From assembly GCA_964252035.1 (NCBI GenBank), contig OZ176200.1: 64,000 nucleotides of DNA; one strand, 5' to 3'. Positions 49,368-60,928 of the stretch are shown piece after piece. Position 1 is the stretch's first letter. The number at the start of each line of letters is the position of its first letter. The position numbers and the translations under genes were made by a program. The stretch comes from Podarcis erhardii. Its lineage: Eukaryota. The notes beneath the pieces are model-generated. The model saw only the letters and a program-made list of their open reading frames with translations, had not been told where the DNA came from and ran no database searches.

Positions 49368-49483
49368 TCTGGTGTGCAGCATCTCCTTTCAACTGCGGCT
49401 TTGTCTGCGCAGGGAAAAAAACGAGGATGGTCAAAGCACATGCGAGGCATCCTGTTAGTGCAATGTAGCAAGGAAAGTAGACG
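49368..49483 (-). CDS. SLC22A18: SLC22A18 coding exon (116 bp, phase 2 to 1); most 5' exon found in the window
   Basis: TTTTCCATCGACAG|C...CAG A|GTGAGT; VYFPCYIALTGCLACALTILVFFPAQTKPQLKGDAAHQ(S) aligns loosely with human IQCPAILAALATLLGAVLSFTCIPASTKGAKTDAQAPLPG; phase fits the next exon. Confidence 0.82.
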
Positions 49484-52400
49484 CTGTCGATGGAAAACAA
49501 ACAAACAAAAATGGTAAAAGTAGCTATTATGAATGCCAAGCTATGGGGATAATATGGGGAATGCCAAGCTATGGGCAAGCCATCCATTGCCTCAAAATCT
49601 TGTATGTATAACGTTCCATTATTTAAATTTTACATAATATCCTCTTAATTCAGCAGCATATATAGGCATTCAAATATAGATCCCCCCAGTCTTCCAAGCC
49701 CTGCCTCCCAAGATGAAGGGCACTTTGGGATCATCTCATCACCCCCTAGTATTTTACATGATTCACAAAGCAGTCTGAATTCTCCCTGCACCCCACCTGG
49801 GGGTGGGAGGTTGCAATAGGCAAAGGTGTCCTTCCAGCCAGCCCTGCTGGCCTGTGCCAACCTGCCTGCAGCTGCCACTGTCACTCCACAGATGTGGAGC
49901 TCCCTCTTGCAACCTGCAGCCACTTCTGGAAGGCAGCAAAGTGGGGTTTTCTAGGGGCATGCAGCGAGTGGGGTTGAGCTAGCTTGGGATTCATTGGAGC
50001 CGCATCCAGCCCCACTGGCATCATGTGATGATGTCCACTGGCAAGCAATCTGCCTGTTCCTGCCTCTTCCACCCTGGCTGCTGCATGCAGCAGGGCTACA
50101 GATGCAGCACTGGCCCTGCTATACTGCAGAGCCCCATCAGGCTGTGGGGCAGGAATGGGGAGTTAGGGTTGCTCCCTCAGGCTACAGCTCTTCACCTGTT
50201 TATCTGGCAAATGTCCCATTGAACTCTATGGGACATACTTCTGAGCGGATATGTACAGGGTTTCTCTGTAGGCGACCAATACTTGTAGCAAACATGCACC
50301 TGACTTCCTCATAACAGACAGTGGCGTTGCTGATGAAAACTTCAGGAAAGAAGCAAACACATTTTTCATTTTATGTTATCCCAGTCAGCACAAAGCAAAC
50401 TATGAAATGGCAAACAAGAATGATAAAGAGGAGGAAGGGAGTGGAGTCTACAGGGCTCGAAAGAGGCTCTGCTGCTGAAACTTAAACAAGAGGCCATGGG
50501 AAACCACGGTCTCCTTTGTGGTGGCCTCGTGTCACGTATACCAAATCACCTTCTCTCCATGGAAAGATAATTGTGTTCTCTTCTCTATTCACTGAGGTTT
50601 ATTACTATTCTCCTTCAAATGCAGATTAAAGCTATATAAAAAACAAAGGGCTTAGTAAGGCTGTGGGTACAATGATTGCCCACATCTTATGGGCAATGTT
50701 TCTGTTAGTGTATCTGTGCATGGCAAGTTAGGGAACCTTTTTTTCAGTAGTGGGACGTGGTCCCTGGTTGGGGGGGGTAATCTCTTGGGGGTCACATGCT
50801 GGCAGGGAGGCAGAGTCCATGGTGGGCAAGGCACTCTCTCTCTCTCATTCTGTTACCACCCTTTTCTCCGTCGGCCACCCAGTTTCCTCTCAATTACTCC
50901 TCTCCTTGCCATCCACATGAAATTGGGGGAGGGCTGGTTCCCACCCCAGCTGCAAGGGAATTTGCCTTGCAGGTGAGAGGCAAAGTGCGGCACATTATTC
51001 ACATGTATTTGCACTGCTGTTCACCATATTCTTTAGGAGATCTTTAGGAGACTCAGGTGTTTTCTCAGAACAGATGGAGGAGCTGTTGAATAGCAGCAAG
51101 ATGCATCATGGTGCCATTTACTGCTAAAACTCAAAAGCAAGAGTCAAGTTTCTCAGTATGTGCAACTGAAGAACTTCAAAGGGCAAAATATACATAAGCA
51201 CTGCTGGAGATAGGAATTTGAACAGTCCACAGCAAATTTCTGATTATTTGAGAATAAGATCAGCCTCCTGAAAACCACCTCAAGCAAACAGAGACATTTC
51301 AACAAATTGCAATCTTCTTGGGTGGCGTCAGCCAAAGCAATTGTTATCTTAAACCACAAAATTAATCCATTTACTCAGTCACAACACTTTAAGACCTGAA
51401 CAGATTTTTATCAGCTTCAGTAGCTGCTTCTGCTTGTAGGATCCCAAATTGCATGGGTGGGGTAGTCAACTACAATTCAAGCTTTTCATTTTCATATATA
51501 TTGTGTGTATATATATATATATTGCGGATTTTATCCCTGGGATTTCCTAGAGCTGGCAATCTGAAATTATAGGGTGAGCACAACCACCCGCATCACTGAA
51601 AGGCACTGAAAGGCTTTAAACTACCAAATTCTCAAGCAGGGATAGTGAGACCCATTTCGCTGCTTCAAGCTAACCAGGAAGTGCCACCTTGCCTTGCTGC
51701 CGCTCTCCCACCACCACATACTTGCGCCTGCTCAGTTGCCACTACACTCCTTGCTGCAACTGCCAATGGAGAACCAGCATCACCATGGGTGCCTATTCCG
51801 AGCAAGATGATGCTGATTTGGTGTGAGGCACGGTCTTGCCCAATATTGGTGGCGAAGCAAGCAGGACACCCAAAGGCATGCTGCCTGAGGCAGCTGCCTC
51901 ACCCTGCCTAATGGCTGGGCCGGGCCAGCTTTCCTCTGAAGGATCACACATAGGCTGCAATGCTGAAAAGGTCTTCCAGGCTAACCCAGGTCTGCATGAG
52001 GGCCATTCTTCATTCCTTATCAAGCACAAGCAGATGGAGCAAGGGGAACTACATGACACTGGAACCAGATAACCCTGGGGTGGCTGGTTCCTGGTTGGGT
52101 CAGAAATCAATCCCTCTTCACAAAACACTCAGCTTCTAGAATTCTTTGGGAGGGAAGCCATGACTGTTTAACATGGTTTCATGGTGCTTTCAATATATGG
52201 TGTGAATGTGGCCTAGGACTAACTAAAATTCCCTATGGAACAGCAAAACAAAAACAAAAAACCAGCCAAATTACTTTATTGGGTTATTCCCTTTTTCTGA
52301 ATTTCTTTTGGGTGTTTAGTAGGAGTTGGCTGGCAAGTTCCTGTCTGCACTGAAGCTTCTAACATTCCATCCACTTGATAACAAAGACAAAATGGTCTCA

Positions 52401-53474
52401 TGTTGACACATATTTTATTGTGTATATTCAGGGAAAGTTAATATTGACAGCTTTTCAGAGCTTCCCAAGTTACCTGGACCAGCTTTCATACCACTGGCAG
52501 ATTCCATTCTCTGTCAGATGTGCAGGGAAACCAACCATGATAACAGATTACAGTGTTTGCAGTCTTGTGATGATTTTTCTAGGGATTATGTAGGTAAAGA
52601 TAGAAAAGCTTTAAGTGCAACAGAACTGCTTAGAGACATACCAGGGACTCGCCTTATTTCTGAAAACTTGGCACGCCACACAGCCTCATGGTCCTCTTCC
52701 CATATGTGTGTGCATGGCACACAGAGACTGGTCTATTCATGGTGGTATCGGGACAGTCACATGCTATTCTGCTTTCAATGGTGTTGGTTCCTTCAAAAGT
52801 ACTGGGGCAGTCACACTGCTTCATTTCCAATCTCTGCATATATTGTACCTTCCTGTTGAAATCCTGTAACTTTTTATACCACAAATGTCCTGGGTTTGTG
52901 CCTTTTTTTGTCCTACTTCTGATGCGCTATAGCCCCTCTGGATGTCTGAGAGAGATTAAATGTTTTGATTCTGGTGGTTTACTCTAGGCAAGAGGATTTG
53001 CAGCTTGAGAGGCAGCGATGCCTGTCTCTCTATGCCATAGTTCTCTCAAAAACTACAAGTTCCAGAGTTCCTTAGTTCCTGCTAGCATTTTCTATGCAAA
53101 GGTGGAAGAAGGTATCAGGGTGTGGAGATCAACCAGGGGACCACCACCCTAATAAACAGGGACCTTGAGATCCCAGGGACAACATGGGGCAGTGTTTCTG
53201 TTGGGATAAACAGGCCCCAGAAATATATGTTAACTAAATGAGGGATGGCTTTAAGGGCCGTGCATGTCTCCTCAGATGTAAGCCCTACAGAGTTCAAGGG
53301 GGTTTCCTCCCACGTAATTGTGTATAGCCTTGGTAGTGAGATGTTGTGGGCTACACCTCCCATAAACTCCAGCCACTTGTCAATAGGCAGGGATGGTGGG
53401 AGCTGCAGTTCAAAACATCTGGAGTAGGACTGCTGCTTAAGCTTGTCAAATTTCCAAAACTGCAGGAGGAGTCA

Positions 53475-53843
53475 TGTGGGAATATGGTCATTTGTCCATA
53501 AGAGCATGGGCAAAAGTTTATTATTGCAAGGATGATTTCATAGCAGAAAGCATTGCTTGGAGCATGATCAACGCGTGGAGAGCTCGTGCTGTCCCAAATG
53601 ATTGGTTCACGTAGCATAGCATGATCAACTGCGTGGTCTGGTGTGAGAACATGAGACTGATGTATTGTATTGTCTTTTATCTGCTGTCTGAGGCAAAGCT
53701 CTCTCCTTGAATTTGTATCTTTCTTCGGCACACAATAAAGGTTGGGGCTACAGCAGCTTCTAGAGGGAGAGCTGCGGCCAGATTTCTGCAACCCATCTTG
53801 GTGTGAGACTGATTATTTACGGATGGCGAGCAGGTTCTCGTCA
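53475..53843 (+). mobile_element. Solo LTR (369 bp) with 6-bp TSD
   Basis: TGTGGG...CTCGTCA termini; GAGTCA duplicated at 53469-53474 and 53844-53849; AATAAA at 53734-53739; internal direct repeat AGCATGATCAAC(T)GCGTGG. Confidence 0.7.
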
Positions 53844-56089
53844 GAGTCACTCTGTTTCTGCCTCTAGCAATAGGCCTCAACCCACTTGAGTGGGTTGCAT
53901 CTGCAGCCTGCCTCCCCAATGGCCTGTTAATCTGCTGGAATGTTGTGTGTTTAGGGGCACTGTCTGCTTATGGCTAAATGTCTTCCTGTTTATGTATCCC
54001 TTGGGTGAAATCCTGCCTCACAATACAGACGTACATCTTTGAAGCCCTCTCCAAGGATAAACTGTGTTGTCTGAGTCACAAGCGTTTATACGTAAAACTG
54101 GACATGGTGTGTAAAGGCTTCATCCAAGGAAAGGGTTGACTGGAATGGAAGTACCTCGAAGGAGGCACGTACAATTCAACAGTCTGCCATAAACATTTAT
54201 ACTGCAGAATTGGTTTTGCACTCTGCAGCTATTCATGGTTTATCACCTGTCAGGGACAACACTATTTAATGTTTCCTTGGTGAATCTCAAACCAACCCAA
54301 ACACAGAAATGGTAGCTGCATTTGTATAGTAATCACTGTAAAGAGATACAATGAAAACTGTTGCTGGATGGAGTGTGCTTATTTTCCAGGCAATATCAAA
54401 GCCACATCTACAAACATTCTCAAATGTTTATGGATCTTAAACAGTACATCTTAAAATAGAAAACTGAGTTTTCTAGGAATTGCAGACTGGACAGCAATGG
54501 CGTCATTGAAGCATGACCAGCACCATCGTTTTGGGGTTTAGACACCAGTTGAAGATCCATATATTTGATTTGACAAAGGTGCACAGGAAATGGATATGTG
54601 TCCGGCTCGTATTGTTTTAAGCTGACATTAAACTGTTGGATTGAATGTTTGTGTTTTCAGTGTTTTGGTGACTGTGTGGCAAGCCATCCTCAGATCACAA
54701 ATGATGAAAGGTGGTTCAGAACGTGAATAAATAAAATAAAATTTGAAAAAACTATTAGATGAGGTTAGCTGCTTATTCCTGCTTCCTATTCTCAATGCAA
54801 ATCAAATTGAATACGGTACTTCCCATATGTCCATGGAAGTTTTTTCCCCTTGTTGTCTTTCTGGCCCTTCCAACTCACTTTCTTCCAATCAGCTCCCCAA
54901 GTCATCATTATCTTTTCCTGCCTCTTTCTCATGCATCCATCACTGCAACATGGTCCACTCTATGAAGGACTCCACTTGAAGTTAATTCAGAAGCTTCACC
55001 TGGTGCAAAATGTTGGTATTGAACTGAATATTATTCAGAGTGACCTGTTGAAATTAATGGACCTAACTTGGTTACATTCACTGGTTCTACTCTGAGTCAA
55101 ACTTAGTTGAATGCTACCCAAAAAAAATTCATTGTTGGACAGTTCCTGTTGGTCCTATTCATATTCGTGAAACAGGACATTTTTCTCCCTTTAACAAATC
55201 TGAATCATTCTTTGCTTATTTCCATTTCCCCCTTCAATAAGGTCACAGCTGAGATCTAAGAACGTACAAACTGAATTTCAATGATTCATGCCTACTTCAA
55301 AACTAAGCAACATAAAGCCTTCATTCGTGGCAATTTCAGCTACTTTCAAGTACCGCTTTTGACTATGTGTCTAACTACATGAGAGCTGTAGGTGCATGAG
55401 GCTCGAAGCTCAGTGTTGCTCCATCTAATCAGAAGAAACATAGATTGCTGAACAACATAGCAAGGAATCGTTGCATGTTTCACAAGCACAAAGATGTAAC
55501 AAGACATCTTTTGTCAGCCAGCTACAAATCTCAGACTTTTGTCTCCTCCTTCACTGGCTACATTTCAAACACCACAGTCATATACTATGGGCAGAACACA
55601 CCAAAGGCAGAAATTCCTCAGCACCCTACAGGTATAGTAGGCATAGCCAACATTCCAGATTGGTCATCAGGTACAAAGGAAGCTGTCCTATACCATGGCC
55701 AGTGGCCTATCTGGCTCAATATTATCTGCCTGGAAGAAGCTCTCCAAGGTTTCAGACAGAGACCTTTCCCAGCCTTGCTTGGAGATGCCTGAGATTGACC
55801 TTTTGCATGCAAACCAAGTGCCCTGCTACTGAGCAACATTTTCTGTTGTTGAAGTCCCATTCAGCAAGCATCACCCTATACAAAAGCCTAAAGAAACGGG
55901 GGAAGCCGACTCCGGCCGCTCTGTTCGTACCTCGCTCGCCCGCTCGTGCCGAGCCACTTCGGCTGCTCGGGAAGGTTCGGAAAGCCGGCGCTCCTCGCCA
56001 GCCTCTCTGCTTCGGAGGCGTCCATCCCCCGGTGGTAGCCTAAGGCAGCACTTTAGGGCAGGTCCAGACTCCCGCCCATGCAGCAGAGC

Positions 56090-56169
56090 TAATAATAATA
56101 ATAAATTTTATTTATATCCCGCCCTCCCCGGCCGAAGCTGGGCTCAGGGCGGCTAACAACACTAAAACA
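56090..56169 (-). mobile_element. L2-type 3' tail fragment interrupted by the L1 insertion
   Basis: AATAATAATAAATTTTATTTATATCCCGCCCTCCCC...CTCAGGGCGGCTAACAAC, the reverse complement of a typical squamate L2/SINE 3' end. Confidence 0.55.
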
Positions 56170-56746
56170 GGGACTTCCGGCGAGGCAGCATGGCGGCTGC
56201 AACAGCAGAAAAGAGCTCCTGAAGCCAGCCAGAGTAAAAGGCTCTGTCTGGCCGACTCCCGGACTCCCAGGACTGCTGCCGCCAGCACTGCCAGCAGAGA
56301 GGAATTGGGGGTGCCCAGGGGTCTATCAAAGGAGCCAAAACACCCCCCCCAGGACTGAGATTGAGCCGGAAAGGCACCTGGAAAGGCACCCGACCACCCC
56401 CCCCAACAGCTAAGAGGAGCTCCAAAACCAGGAGGACAGTGCAGCCAACGCAGAGAGGGAGAAAAAGAAGAGAAAAGGGGGAAAGAAGGAGAAAAGGAAA
56501 GAAAGAAAAAAGAGCCCCAACTTTACCGCTGCTGCCCCCCATCTCTGCTGACGGGAAAGAAGAGGAGAGGTAGGTGAGCACGGCTCCGAAAAAACAGGCT
56601 CCGAAAAAACACGTGGCTGAGCCGACGGGAGCCTACCCCTCCGGAAAACAGAGGAAAACCGCATGACAAAGGAGATCGCAGAAAGGAAGAAACTACCCTC
56701 TTTCCCCCCCCCCTTTTTAAATATATATATATATATATATATATAT

Positions 56747-57662
56747 GCAGGTTTTGGTGTCCTCGGGTGTCTTCCCGTGTAAAAGTTGGGGTGTCTAGGC
56801 GACGTTTCGACGAGGTCTCACTCGTCATCTTCAGGCTGGTGCTTTCGGCTTCTTGTTACTGGAACAGAGCAGGATCTCAGTGTTTGAGTTCCTATAAATA
56901 CTGTAGAGGGGGTGTGGTGTATAGCCTCCAATGTTCTGGGCAGAGAGGAAGTTCCCAGGCTAGTGTGCCTTTTCTTCTTTTGTTCCTTAATTACTTGAGA
57001 GATATCTTGAGTGATTTCTTGAGTGATATCCTGAGTACCACTTAGGTGGGTCATTAGGTGTGGATTAGTTGTTAAAGTCTTTGTGTCTTGACCTCTTGAA
57101 CTTTGTGAAGAGTTTTCCTGAGAAGATGGCTGTACTGTACTTAGTTGTGCTCTGGCTTGGCTTCGTGTATAGGGGCGAGCTGTGGTTTTGTGGCTTGTGT
57201 CAGCCAGATCTGTGTAGGGATTGCAGGGGGGTGCAGCATCCGGAGGTGCCACCATGGATTGGCTACTGGATGGTGTCTGTAATTCATCTGTGGAGAGGGT
57301 CTGGGTTTGGGTCTGGTGTGGTTGATTGGTGTTGGCGTTCTGTGTGCCTCTGGATCTGGTGTCAGTTTTTGTGGGGAGGGCTAATTTCCAGATGTCTGGC
57401 AAGCGGGATGTGTCGTCACGCTTGTTCATGTTGTGAGGGTGTTTCTCTATCTCGATGGCTTCCATGATTATTCTCTTGTGGTGATGTTCCGTGTTAAAGA
57501 GCAATTTGGAATCTGCAAAATTAATTTCGTGTCCTGTTTCTTTCATGTGTTGGAAAAGAGAGGAAGTTTTTTCTTCTTTTTTGACGGCATTCTTGTGTTC
57601 TGCGATACGTGCATTTATTCGTCTGTTTGTTTGTCCAATGTACGTGGCTGGGCAGACTTTGC
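56747..57662 (-). mobile_element. 5'-truncated Penelope-like element (GIY-YIG endonuclease C-terminus plus pLTR) inserted in (AT)n
   Basis: Frame open from about 57660: CKVCPATYIGQTNRRINARIAEH...HMKETGHEINF...EAIEIEKH...NKRDD, typical of PLE GIY-YIG; flanked by (AT)n at 56721-56746 and 57663-57686. Confidence 0.9.
56795..56838 (-). ncRNA. Minimal type-I hammerhead ribozyme motif (GUC triplet)
   Basis: CCAGC-CTGAAGA-T-GACGAG(TGAGAC)CTCGTC-GAAA-CG-TC^GCCTAG: perfect 6-bp stem II, palindromic ACGU stem III, short imperfect stem I; cut between 56801 and 56800. Confidence 0.72.
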
Positions 57663-59079
57663 ATATATATATATATATATATATATCCTTTTTTAACCCC
57701 TTCCTCCCCTCTCCCTTTTTTTTGTTTTAAAAAAAGTCCTTTTTTTATTCCCCCCCCCCCCCAATATACCTACTTTGATCATTTTTCTTTTTAAAAGAGG
57801 GGCCACTGCTGCAGCAGCCACCCTTACTTTTTTCAAACAGAAAATAATAATAATAATTAGGGGGAAATAGGTTTCTTTTTTTATATATATTAAAAAAAAC
57901 ACACAATCCCCCCTCTCTATTCTATTTCTATTTCTATTCTATTTGTTAGCTTGTTCTTGAGGGGGGGATCTTTCACCCCCATCCACGACCACCACTCTCT
58001 TTTTAAACAAAAATTTCCTCCATATCACTGCTATTGCTATTGATACTCCCCCCCCCGTTTATTTTTCTCTCCCTTTTTTCTCTCCTCTCTCTCCCTTCAC
58101 CCCCTTTATTTTATTTTTTCCTTTTATCCCACCTTTCTCCATCCCCAATTTTGTTCTCTATCCCCTTTATCTTTTAAAATCAACTCCCCCTTTTTAGCCT
58201 GTTCGTCAGCTTGTTTTTGAGGGGGGAGCCCTTTCCCCCCACCCCCTCTTTTAAAATAAGACTTTCCCCCCCATACCATTGCCACAGCTCACCCTCCCTC
58301 CCCCTCCCTTCTCTCCCCCTCTCTTTTCTTCTCCCTCCTTTTCCCACCCTTCCCCCTCCCCCTCTCCTTTTCTCTTCCTCCTCCCTCTCTCCATCCCCCC
58401 CCCCTTCCCCTAAAGGAAACACATACACACATTCATATCACCATATCCTACGTTGCCCCCCTCATACTATAGCTAAAACTACTGCGGCAATCTAATACCG
58501 CCGATATTACTGTACTATCTCTCCTCTCTCTTTCAACTCTCTTTTTGTCTCTCTCTCTCTCTTCTCTTTTACTCCAATCTCCCCTCTCACCCCCCCGTCT
58601 CCCCCCTTCTTCTTTCTTTCTTCTTCTTCCTTTTTCTCCCTCCACCCTTTACATATAGCCTATTTGTCTGTCTCTGTTTCTGAGCGCACCCCCAACCCCA
58701 ACCTCCACCTTAACCGGACCCCAATACCCTTTTTGGGTATATACAACCCCCTCCTAAACACATATTTTCCCTGGCCCCACCCCTCTAATCTCTTGCATCT
58801 CTACCTGCTAACCCCTCCCCCTTATATGAACTGTCTGTCCGTTAGTCTACCCATCTCTACTTACCTGCCCCCCCCCCCCCGCTTTGGCGGCAACGCTGAG
58901 GCAACCACAGAAACTCTAGACAAGTTCTTAAAACACAGGCTAGAAGTGACACAAATGACCACCTAATCCAAACGCTCTGTAAAAGCCACCGGCAACGCCT
59001 GATCAGCCCAGCAACCCAACAATACCCAGGAATCACCACTGCCACAACTCCTAACCACCACACGCCCTACTCCAAGAGG

Positions 59080-60195
59080 ATGCCAAGCCAACCTCAAACC
59101 AAAACCATTAGGGAGACTGAGATGACACCAACCAGGGAGATGGCAAACAATGCCAATACCGTAACTCCCCTTCAAGATGACGACCACCCAGTAACGAAAC
59201 GAGATCTGAGGGAAATGGAAGCAAGATTAGAAGCACGATTAGAAGAAACACTGAAGGCCACAATGGCTCCCATGCAGGCACTAATCAACAATCTAACCTC
59301 CAAAGTGGAAGCTCTAGAGAACAAGAACCAAATGCAAGAAAGAATAATAGAGCAATACCGGGAGGAGAATGCACGTGTGAACAAGAAACTGGATGAACTG
59401 GTAAACCAAATGGAAGCAGAACACAGAGAGATGAAAATTAAGCAAGCCGACCTTGAAGATTGCAATAGACGCTGTAACATCCGCTTCCGCAACTTTCCTG
59501 AAAAAACAGAGGAGAAAAGCCCAGCAGACCTAATTATACGCTGGCTGAAAAACACAATCCCAGGCCTGAAACTTGAGGCAGATGACTTGGAGAGGGCTCA
59601 CAGAGCCCTAAAACCCATGCCAAAACCCAGCGCCCCCCCAAGAGACATCATTGTATGCTTCACGCGCTACAAAAAGAAGGAAGAGGTATGGAACAACCTC
59701 AGAAACTCAACCAACCTTCGATATGGAGAAACCCCCATTCTGGCCCTACAGGACCTATCCCAGGATACCCTAAACCGGAGGAAAAGCCTGCGCCCATTCA
59801 CCCAGCGTCTCCAACAAGCCGGGATCAAATACCGATGGGGCTTCCCCTTCCGCCTAATTGTAACAACTAATACAACACAACACACGGCCACCAACATATC
59901 TGAGGCCCTACAACTACTAAAGAACCTTGAACTCGACCTCCCACCGGAATGGCAACCGACAAACCCACCAAGTGACAGCCCCAACCACGAGGAAACAACA
60001 GCAAACAACTGGACGACGGTAGAGAAGAAGAAAAGGAAACAACAGAAGCGGCACAACAACGCAAACCAATACAGACAAGCATCATGCTCAGAACCACCCC
60101 GCCGGCCATACGACACAAGAAACCAGACCAAGATTAACCAAACCAATTCATCGCAGATGGACAACCCTACAACAACAACAACCGCAGCTGAATGA
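59080..60195 (+). CDS. L1 ORF1p (371 aa; coiled coil, RRM and CTD), intact
   Basis: Heptad-rich N-terminal half, RRCNIRFRNFPEK, ERAHRAL...PRDIIVCF, QDLSQDTLNRRK, GIKYRWGFPFRL motifs. Confidence 0.92.
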   Translation: MPSQPQTKTIRETEMTPTREMANNANTVTPLQDDDHPVTKRDLREMEARLEARLEETLKATMAPMQALINNLTSKVEALENKNQMQERIIEQYREENARVNKKLDELVNQMEAEHREMKIKQADLEDCNRRCNIRFRNFPEKTEEKSPADLIIRWLKNTIPGLKLEADDLERAHRALKPMPKPSAPPRDIIVCFTRYKKKEEVWNNLRNSTNLRYGETPILALQDLSQDTLNRRKSLRPFTQRLQQAGIKYRWGFPFRLIVTTNTTQHTATNISEALQLLKNLELDLPPEWQPTNPPSDSPNHEETTANNWTTVEKKKRKQQKRHNNANQYRQASCSEPPRRPYDTRNQTKINQTNSSQMDNPTTTTTAAE

Positions 60196-60928
60196 AGCCA
60201 CAAACTGAAGGACTGGTGATTCCCCCGCCCCCCGCCCCCCGTTCCCCCTCTCCCCCCCAAAACATAGATTTAGTTAACACCATCAACATCCCCCCAGCCC
60301 CACACCCCCACAGAAATCCCCACCCCAACACCAGCCCAGACGACCTCAACCACATTCCCCACCACCCACACCTTCAACATTCCCATACTCCATACTAAGG
60401 AAAAACAACTCCTCCAACCTCAATAACACAACCCACAATCAGGCTAAAATCTGATACCCAACCAGCACTATGGTGGCACCAGAGCGTACCAGCACCCACA
60501 CCCACACCCCAACACACCAACAATGTTGCTCATAACATTGGCAACATTGCTCATGAACCTTATACTTGACAGCGACGTTACAAAGTCACTTCACACTGTC
60601 TCACTGATCTCCCCCTCTCGCAAACAACAGGGGGGACGGCCTGTCCTTGAACACGGCCTTCCACACCAGCTGAGACCTAGGACCAACCGGCTAAATGCCA
60701 GATGGCCCAAAATACCCCAAACAAACACCTATATGACTACATATAGGAAACTCTCTACAACTTACCCCCTACTCTTTAACCCAAATCTTACTCTAATCCC
60801 ATTAGCCCCCCACCCACCACACCCTAGGTCAGCGCAACCCCACTGGTTCTTTAAACAACACGAAGAGAGAGACACAAGACAACCCGAACGGGTTGGCAGG
60901 GAATCGCCCCACATAATAGATAAGCAAG

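Noticed and set aside
55471-56043. 190-aa ORF
   Set aside because: Runs across a SINE and the CpG-rich insert; a chance open frame.
49484-56090. Next upstream SLC22A18 exon (human AQMVITDL...LGLCFGVG...SAYG)
   Set aside because: Candidate minus-strand donors were checked by eye and none gave this peptide; the exon is presumed beyond 64000.
56162-56581. 139-aa antisense ORF in the L1 5'UTR as an ORF0 analogue
   Set aside because: Its hydrophobicity comes from the purine-rich low-complexity plus strand; no conservation evidence available.
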